From Escherichia phage vB_EcoM-S1P5QW: DNA of 64,000 bases. Positions 57,242-64,000 of this stretch are shown here, piece by piece. Numbering within the stretch: position 1 is the first letter of the stretch; every line of letters starts with the position of its first letter. The DNA lies in sequence record OL956808.1. One strand, given 5' to 3'. The position numbers and the translations under genes are program-made. The notes below the pieces were generated by a model that made no database searches, had not been told where the DNA came from, and saw only the letters and a list, made by a program, of their open reading frames with translations.

Positions 57242-60200
57242 TTATGCTAAACGAACAATATAGTTAAAAGCAATGTTTTTAACCGTGTTTTCTGTATTAC
57301 CTGTACTATTTACAGTGATAGTATGACCATGCGAGCCAATTGCTACCGTGTGGGTATGAGCACCGATACCTACAGTATGGGTATGAGCACCAATACCAAC
57401 AGTATGCGCGTGAGCGCCTGCGCTTGCAGCAGTACCAGATATAGAGTGCGAATGTGCCCCAGAAGAAGAAGTTCCAAGCGTATTACCACCACCGGCGGAT
57501 CCTCTTATAGAACCAGTACCAGGAGAGTTGTTACTTCCCGCATAAAGAGCGCTTGTGTGGCTGTGCGCACCGGCGGTGTTTGTGGAACCGCTCAAACTAT
57601 GCGTATGAGCACCAGTATTATTACTGGTCTTAGTACCATAATCAAAGCTTGAAGTCGTTTTGCTACCGTAATCAAAACTAGAAGTGGTCTTAGTACCCAA
57701 ATCTGTGCTTGATGCACTTGCACTATGGCTATGTGACTTAACACCGTCTGCTTCTGTACTTAATACAGCGCGCCCAGATGGTTTACCCTTGATAGTTTGA
57801 CCACGCATATCAGGCAGAGCGCCAGAAGGATACACCGCAGCTAACTTAGGATACAAGCCAGTATCAAATGTTTGGCCTTCCATTATGGCATAACCTTCAG
57901 GAGGTGTATCAGTAGGCCAAGGAATCGGAGCACCAATTGGATAACTCGATACAATATCGGTTTTAAGTGATTCAATTGTACTATTTAAGTTGGCAAAATT
58001 ACCAGAACCACCAGTAATGTTACCGTCTGTACCTAAATAAACTGAACCCCCAGCAGAAATGCGCTTAGGAGATATAAAATCACCAGAACGTGTAAATTCC
58101 CAGCCTAAATCTTTTATAACTGCGCCTGTTGAACTTCCGTCTCCACCTTCATGATAATGAACTCTAAAGTTACCACCATTAATTAAAGTGCCTAACGAAT
58201 AACAGCTGTTACCTTGAACATAACGTTGTTTTAAAATAGGAACGTAAGTACTTGTATCTGTGCGATTAATATTCATATAGAACGGAGCACGAACGTTTTC
58301 ATTATTTTGTGAAGCAAAAGACCCTGCACCAGCCGGACGTACTGTATCAGTGCATTCAGCATCAATATAAGCTGCTTGTCCTAATTGCATACGGTAATTA
58401 GGAGAAATGCGGCTATGACTAGTAACAACAACAAGTTTACTGTCATTGTCCACAGTAATCATATTACCGCCAGCGCCATCATCGCCTAACGTAACAGAAT
58501 GGCGCATTTTTACCATACCATTATTAAGACTAATACTTAGCGGGCGGAGATTACTTATTCCACCACTTTCACCGGCATCTTTAGGAGTCGGGATAATATG
58601 TAATGCTGTTTCTGAGCGACGGAAAATAGCACCGTATTCGGCATTCCAAATTCTTAATGCATCTGCCGTTCCACCGAATTTAGCCTGACCATTTACAGAT
58701 AATCCATTATTTGCAACTAAACTTGATTCAGTAACAATAGAACCAGATGATGTAATACCACCAGAAGTTAATAAACCACCATTAACTCGAAATTGAATAG
58801 GTCCGACGGTAGAACCTGATCCGGGAGCAACTCGTTGAGAATAAAAATGGTAACCTTGTCCATCTGATACTTCAAAAACTGTTTCACGAGCACGATCGCC
58901 AGATGCATTAAAGGCATTACCCCATGCTTTGATAGATAGATAACTTTTATTCTGACCTGGGCGAGTACCGCCGGCCCACAATATAGTTTTAGTGCCATCT
59001 GTTGCTGTAGGAGCGTCAAGTTGAATACCGTCGGGTCTAGCACCAGTAAGAACTAATCCGTTATCAAATTTAATTCTTTGTATTGAAGATACTGTTCCGT
59101 CGGCATAAAACTGTACGTTATTAGAGCCAGTTACCAATTTCAAAATACCCGGATTAACTTCCATACCTTCCTGAGTATTAATATTAGTTTTGCCTTTACC
59201 ACGGAAATAGTGGTTCATTTTTCCGCCTGAGTTATAGCCAATATGCGTCTGGCCGTCTCCAGCAGTGTTTTCATCAGCCTGTGTTTGAACTGATAAAAAG
59301 GCAGCGTTCGTTCCAGGCATTGTCCAGGTTCCGCCTTGGTCTTCTGAACGTCCAAATAACGCTTTACGAGTACTACGGAAACTATCAGGAGTAATAGAAG
59401 CAACAGAATTCCAATTACCTACTAAATCATAAACACCCTGCTTAATGTATTTTAAACCAGTGGCAGCATCGCCCAAAGCAATATATCTTTCTCCCATTGG
59501 AGTAGGAGAACCATAGTTGTTAGTATTTTCGTCAGTGGTAATTGTGCCAATAGCAAGTGAACGACGTAATACCATTGCGCCATCATTACGAAGACCCATT
59601 AATTTAGTAGTAAGTGTATTTCCGGTCCACCAAGAAATTTCATCATTTTTACCGGTTTGAGCTGAAGCGATTTCATGGTAAATGGTTCCGCCTGATTTAG
59701 CTCGAACTTTACGAAGATAGTTTATACCATTTTCTTCACCTGTTCCAGGATAAACATATTGAACTAATGATTGCGAATCGTATTGTCCAAATGCTTTTGT
59801 ATCTAAAATAATATTTTTAGTATTAATCTGAGGCGAAGTAATATTTCCGAGAGCTGCAATATTTCCAGATGTAGTTATACTACCTCCTGATACTGCTAAA
59901 CCTCCACCGTCAACAACAAATCCGCCGTCACGTCGAAACGTCCAATATTTCGAATCGCCAGATTCATTGATATAATGAATCTTCAACGAACCTTCAGAAA
60001 CTAAAGTACCTAATGAAAAAGTTCCATCTTTAAAGCGCTGTTTAATTATAGGATTATATTCAGATGTGGAAGTAGCTGAGCTTAAATCTACAAAAATTGG
60101 AGCTTTTGCAGTGTGTTGACCAGACCAAGCCCCACTTCCAGTAGTACGATAATTAAACTCAATATATCCACCGCTTGCTACAATTTGCGGACCAATTAAA

Positions 60201-60424
60201 TTAAATTTTCCAGTCTGTGTATAATCGCCAGTTTGAGTGATATTTCCACTAATATTACCGCCAGCGGTAATGCTTAAATCAATAATATTTCCCGAGTCAT
60301 CTTTAGTAAAAAGAGTACGGTCTTTTAAGTTTATAGCCAATTCACCTTCGGCTAATACTGAAGCAGCAGGACGTTGACCTGCGGTTTTGCTTCTTTTAAA
60401 TTGTATTTGTTTTAAAGTAGCCAT
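57242..60424 (-). CDS. 37: long tail fiber distal subunit gp37 (receptor-binding)
   Basis: 1060 aa; conserved N- and C-termini ([13 protein letters not shown] ... [11 protein letters not shown]); His-box repeats near C-terminus. Confidence 0.95.
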   Translation of the reverse strand: MATLKQIQFKRSKTAGQRPAASVLAEGELAINLKDRTLFTKDDSGNIIDLSITAGGNISGNITQTGDYTQTGKFNLIGPQIVASGGYIEFNYRTTGSGAWSGQHTAKAPIFVDLSSATSTSEYNPIIKQRFKDGTFSLGTLVSEGSLKIHYINESGDSKYWTFRRDGGFVVDGGGLAVSGGSITTSGNIAALGNITSPQINTKNIILDTKAFGQYDSQSLVQYVYPGTGEENGINYLRKVRAKSGGTIYHEIASAQTGKNDEISWWTGNTLTTKLMGLRNDGAMVLRRSLAIGTITTDENTNNYGSPTPMGERYIALGDAATGLKYIKQGVYDLVGNWNSVASITPDSFRSTRKALFGRSEDQGGTWTMPGTNAAFLSVQTQADENTAGDGQTHIGYNSGGKMNHYFRGKGKTNINTQEGMEVNPGILKLVTGSNNVQFYADGTVSSIQRIKFDNGLVLTGARPDGIQLDAPTATDGTKTILWAGGTRPGQNKSYLSIKAWGNAFNASGDRARETVFEVSDGQGYHFYSQRVAPGSGSTVGPIQFRVNGGLLTSGGITSSGSIVTESSLVANNGLSVNGQAKFGGTADALRIWNAEYGAIFRRSETALHIIPTPKDAGESGGISNLRPLSISLNNGMVKMRHSVTLGDDGAGGNMITVDNDSKLVVVTSHSRISPNYRMQLGQAAYIDAECTDTVRPAGAGSFASQNNENVRAPFYMNINRTDTSTYVPILKQRYVQGNSCYSLGTLINGGNFRVHYHEGGDGSSTGAVIKDLGWEFTRSGDFISPKRISAGGSVYLGTDGNITGGSGNFANLNSTIESLKTDIVSSYPIGAPIPWPTDTPPEGYAIMEGQTFDTGLYPKLAAVYPSGALPDMRGQTIKGKPSGRAVLSTEADGVKSHSHSASASSTDLGTKTTSSFDYGSKTTSSFDYGTKTSNNTGAHTHSLSGSTNTAGAHSHTSALYAGSNNSPGTGSIRGSAGGGNTLGTSSSGAHSHSISGTAASAGAHAHTVGIGAHTHTVGIGAHTHTVAIGSHGHTITVNSTGNTENTVKNIAFNYIVRLA

Positions 60425-60432
60425 AAGTCCTC

Positions 60433-61095
60433 TTAATAATAGCCGAAATCTTGAACAGAATCCTTAATTACGATTTGGTCAAATCGTGGAACATGTGAAG
60501 GTTGAGATGCAGGATTCTGCGAGAAAAAGTTTGGCGCTGTTAAATTACCTGTCATGGTGTCACCAGATCGTAGCACCCTAGAGTTCGCATTTGCTGTAAC
60601 AGTATTTATTGCTCCATCAACATAGTCCTTTCTAGTAAGGTCATTCGCTGCTATAGGAGCAACTGCATTACTTCTTATTTGACCTACTGCTGTCATAACG
60701 CCTTTTGTACTAATATCACCATTACGTGCATTAATTACAACAGTTCGGTCTGCTGAACCTTGTGATGATTTAAAACCAATACCATTCCACGAAACGATGT
60801 CAATATTTGCCATAGCAAAAGTAGCTGCATCACCGTTACCTGGATAAACACCGCACTGTTGACTACTACCTATAGTAGGAACATGTACTCCTCCATTAAA
60901 TCGAACAGTCGCGGCGTAAGTACCACCATTAGCTTTAGAAACGAAATCGTTATCAGCAGCTTGTGGTTTATTATATTCTGAATATATTTTAAATGATTTA
61001 TAGAGTACATCGTCACCGGCTGGATTCAATGGAAAATTTCCTTGATGCCAAATGACAGAGCCTCCGGTTGTTGAACCTACTTTTAAATCAGCCAT
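60433..61095 (-). CDS. 36: long tail fiber hinge protein gp36
   Basis: 220 aa, AAGGGG SD, late promoter upstream. Confidence 0.9.
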   Translation of the reverse strand: MADLKVGSTTGGSVIWHQGNFPLNPAGDDVLYKSFKIYSEYNKPQAADNDFVSKANGGTYAATVRFNGGVHVPTIGSSQQCGVYPGNGDAATFAMANIDIVSWNGIGFKSSQGSADRTVVINARNGDISTKGVMTAVGQIRSNAVAPIAANDLTRKDYVDGAINTVTANANSRVLRSGDTMTGNLTAPNFFSQNPASQPSHVPRFDQIVIKDSVQDFGYY

Positions 61096-61118
61096 TGTAT
61101 GCCCCTTTATTTTAATAG

Positions 61119-61126
61119 TATTTATA
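61119..61126 (-). promoter_or_regulatory. late promoter TATAAATA upstream of gene 36
   Basis: exact TATAAATA on - strand about 24 nt before the gene 36 ATG. Confidence 0.6.
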
Positions 61127-61152
61127 AAGAAAAAGGGAACCCGAAGGCTCCC
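61126..61152 (-). terminator. rho-independent terminator after gene 35 (- strand)
   Basis: - strand GGGAGCCTTCGGGTTCCC followed by U-rich tract, immediately before the gene 36 late promoter. Confidence 0.6.
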
Positions 61153-61157
61153 TCAAT

Positions 61158-62273
61158 TTAAACTTCTCTAAATTCTTGCCCAAACACTTTACCAGTTTTA
61201 GACGATGCTTGTGTAGGAAGTACCATTATATCCGGAGGTGAAGCAGATTCACAGATATAATTAACACGAATGCCATTTACGCCAAATTCAGCAGGTTTTG
61301 AAATACCGCCGTTTCTTGATACTTCAGAAAAGCTTAAATTTCGCATACCGCCTTGTCCCGCTTGAGCAGTTCTCTGTGCATATATCGTAAATCCTACTGC
61401 ATTTTCTGGAACAACTACATAATCTTCCTTTAATTCCCATGACCCAGCTTGCCCAGTAAATTCAGCTTGCGTCGAGGAAATATATCCATTAGATGCATTA
61501 TAAAAACGGATAGATATATTTGTAGTTCCAAGCGCAAGTAAATCAGCATCGGCATATAACTGGGCTTTAAGATAAAGAACGTCACCAGGAATTAAATTAT
61601 AATCAGAGAGTTTACTTATAGCAGCTGAAGTTGGTAATCTTGCAATTTCGTTATTAGTTCCACCAACCGCTGACATAAATTGCTCAACGCTTTCATACGT
61701 TCTTCTTGGAAACCCGGTAGCTCCGACGTCTTCTAAACTGTCAAATACAACATCTAAAATAGTTTGATAATCATCTGTGCTTTTTCTATTACTCAGTTTA
61801 ACATGCTCTAATGCAATAGCTCTTTTAGAAGAAGTATAAAAGGCAGCATATGATACGTCGAATCTTGACAATACAGAATCAGATGGAAAAGCAGACGTTC
61901 CGGCGGTTCTTAACCAAGATACTACTTCAGGAGGAAAATTAACCTTTCCGTTAGTTAATATAGCAACAAGTCTGTTATTCGTCAAAGAATTCATGAAACT
62001 AACAAAAGCAGCTGATGTAGTATCATTTGAAGTAGAAAAAGCATATGACTTACTATCAACTAATGCTCCGGTGGAAGGGTCAAAAACTCTTAGATGAAGT
62101 CCTGCGCTAAATGTTTGATTTCCGACAGGATTATCTTGAAATTTAACATATGGTCCTGCAGTAGAAAGCGGGCAAGAACCCGCTATACTTATTTTGTATC
62201 TTACTGAATTACTTTCCGATAAAAATGGCGTTTGGACATATCCTTGTCCAAACTCTGCCATAAATTTTTCCAT
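61158..62273 (-). CDS. 35: long tail fiber hinge connector gp35
   Basis: 371 aa, position between 34 and 36. Confidence 0.9.
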   Translation of the reverse strand: MEKFMAEFGQGYVQTPFLSESNSVRYKISIAGSCPLSTAGPYVKFQDNPVGNQTFSAGLHLRVFDPSTGALVDSKSYAFSTSNDTTSAAFVSFMNSLTNNRLVAILTNGKVNFPPEVVSWLRTAGTSAFPSDSVLSRFDVSYAAFYTSSKRAIALEHVKLSNRKSTDDYQTILDVVFDSLEDVGATGFPRRTYESVEQFMSAVGGTNNEIARLPTSAAISKLSDYNLIPGDVLYLKAQLYADADLLALGTTNISIRFYNASNGYISSTQAEFTGQAGSWELKEDYVVVPENAVGFTIYAQRTAQAGQGGMRNLSFSEVSRNGGISKPAEFGVNGIRVNYICESASPPDIMVLPTQASSKTGKVFGQEFREV

Positions 62274-62281
62274 AATACCTC

Positions 62282-64000
62282 TTATTCAATCCATTCAAAT
62301 TTAACAGATTTATTTACTGGGTCAGGAATAATGCGAACATTACCAATTCGTAAGAAATCGCGAATAGTAAGATTCCCCATTGTAGCATTATCAGATGGTA
62401 AAGCACCGATATCAGACGGCTGAGGAGGGTTACCTCCATCAAATACCTGAACAAAACTCGACCAAGAGTTTTTGGTTTTCTGCCATGTACGGGTCCAGCG
62501 AGTGGTACGTGCTTCTGGAGTCGTTGGATAAGTAATCCAATCTTGGTAAAGCGAATCAAGTGTGTTACCAAACTGAGTCAATGTACCAGGAGATTTAACT
62601 TCTTCACCGCGTTCTAAGTATGGAAGTCCAGTCACTTCATTAGTTTTTTCAACCATTTTAAAATAACCTGGGAACTGGTTATAAGTGGCTGAATCGTTAA
62701 TATCGATTGACCAGAATCCGACTGTATCAGCAGTAGGAGCACGAGTGTATAAATCGGCAGTTTTAGAACCCTGAGAACGAATTCTCGAGTTAACAGTTAA
62801 ACCGCCTGAATTTATAGTAGCACCTTTGGCAATGATTAAGCTTTCACCAATCGTTACTTGGCCAGATGCATTATTAATAGCCAAAGGACGTAATCCATTA
62901 AATCCACCGGTCTGATCACCGGATGCAGTAAGCATAAAATAGGTATTAGCAGCATCATTACGAATAAAGAATCCATAATCACCGCTAATTGCTCTGAAAG
63001 CATTTGCAGACTTGCTAATGAATTCACCATTGGCTGTAACTGAACGACCAAATGTTGCAACGCCATTAACATTCATCAAACCGGAAGCATTAATGTTTAT
63101 TGGCATTACAGTACCATTAATGCTAAACGCTATATTCCCAGCTTTATTGCGTTGAGAATAAAAATGATTAGACGTTTCATCACCAACTTCAAATACAGTA
63201 GAACGTGTTGTATCTGATCCGCCACCAAACTGATTTCCCCATACTCTGATAGTCATCGTCTGTGCTGGGTTAGTTCCAGTTTGAGGTCCTTTTTCAAAAA
63301 TCAGACGAGTTGCTGTTCCAGTATTAGAAATAGTTAATGTACTATTTGCCGAAACTGAACCACCAAACGTAGCAGTACTAGATGATACAAGAGGGGCACT
63401 CAGATTCGTTTGTTGGGTTAAGGTTAGTGAACCATTAACTGTCTGTGCAATATCCCTACGAATGAACTGAGATGAATCTAGACCATCTAATAAATTTGCG
63501 TCAGCAGCTTTTGCTTTTAATGGCAAATAGTTAGCAAGTACACGGTTTAATTCATATGGTGATACCGCATAGCTATTTTTCTCGTATAATTCTAACGACT
63601 GTGTAGAACCGACTGTATCATTACCAACGAATGTAATAGAACCGGATGAAGTTTTAACAAAACCTCTTATTGCAGTAGTAGCAGCCCATGTCGGTTCATT
63701 CTGGACAATCCATTTTAAATTCTTAGGAGATACAGCAGTATTAGCAGAAGTTCCTGTTACAGTTTCAGATTGAGTAGCAACCTTAATTACACCTTCAGAC
63801 GTTTCAGTGGACTTAGTCCCTAAAAGCTTTTTAGGAGTTATTAAAACATTATCCAATTTTCCAGCAGCGGCTTCAACTTGTGTAGCCACACGAAGTGTAC
63901 CACGCTGTGTCTCATTTGCTTCAAGAATATTAAGGGTATAATGGTCCCAGAGAGTTCCTGATTCAACTAATCCAGATAGAGCAACAACAGAAGTACGATC
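62282..64000 (-). CDS. 34: long tail fiber proximal subunit gp34, C-terminal part (gene continues beyond window end)
   Basis: matches the C-terminal region of T4 gp34; ORF open to window edge. Confidence 0.9.
   Translation of the reverse strand, partial: DRTSVVALSGLVESGTLWDHYTLNILEANETQRGTLRVATQVEAAAGKLDNVLITPKKLLGTKSTETSEGVIKVATQSETVTGTSANTAVSPKNLKWIVQNEPTWAATTAIRGFVKTSSGSITFVGNDTVGSTQSLELYEKNSYAVSPYELNRVLANYLPLKAKAADANLLDGLDSSQFIRRDIAQTVNGSLTLTQQTNLSAPLVSSSTATFGGSVSANSTLTISNTGTATRLIFEKGPQTGTNPAQTMTIRVWGNQFGGGSDTTRSTVFEVGDETSNHFYSQRNKAGNIAFSINGTVMPININASGLMNVNGVATFGRSVTANGEFISKSANAFRAISGDYGFFIRNDAANTYFMLTASGDQTGGFNGLRPLAINNASGQVTIGESLIIAKGATINSGGLTVNSRIRSQGSKTADLYTRAPTADTVGFWSIDINDSATYNQFPGYFKMVEKTNEVTGLPYLERGEEVKSPGTLTQFGNTLDSLYQDWITYPTTPEARTTRWTRTWQKTKNSWSSFVQVFDGGNPPQPSDIGALPSDNATMGNLTIRDFLRIGNVRIIPDPVNKSVKFEWIE

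Noticed and set aside
57323-57652. 109-aa + strand ORF inside gene 37
   Set aside because: Arg/Ser/Thr-rich translation of the antisense strand of the repetitive His-box region; no promoter or SD.
1-64000. tRNA genes, rRNA and CRISPR arrays
   Set aside because: No cloverleaf-like or regularly spaced direct-repeat structures were noticed; the T4 tRNA cluster maps outside this region. The only repeats are promoter cassettes and UUCG hairpins.

Overview
This window is a T4-like (Tevenvirinae) coliphage segment, not bacterial DNA, in reverse orientation to the standard T4 map. About 56 kb of early/middle genes on the + strand runs in T4 order: nrdC, 49, nrdD, nrdG, nrdH, 55, alpha-gt, 47, 46, rpbA, 45, 44, 62, regA, 43, imm, 42, a glycosyltransferase, uvsX, 40, 41, dmd, sp, 61, 56, soc, modB, modA, srd, dda, dexA, 39, rIIA, rIIB, denB, ndd, 52, motA, asiA. 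It then meets the convergent late block on the - strand: t, 38, 37, 36, 35 and the 3-prime part of 34. Gene calls rest on my own recognition of the translated ORFs and on synteny; no database search was possible, and regulatory-site coordinates are approximate (about +/-2 nt). The region is tightly packed, with many ATGA/TAATG start-stop overlaps, at least 12 early promoters of the form GTTTAC-N18-TAnnAT, MotA-box middle promoters, TATAAATA late promoters and numerous UUCG-tetraloop hairpins. No tRNA, rRNA or CRISPR array was seen. The phage differs from T4 proper, as I remember T4, in several ways: a GT-A-like glycosyltransferase sits at the beta-gt locus, gene 39 is a single fused 605-aa ORF, nrdD has no intron, dam and segF appear absent at their T4 positions, and a homing-endonuclease-like ORF is inserted between rpbA and 45. 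I did not identify a clear novel multi-gene system. The best candidates for follow-up are the rpbA-45 insertion, the antisense membrane ORF between 61 and 56, the paralog family at 40122-41534, the ORF island between motA and asiA, and the small ORFs between soc and mrh.
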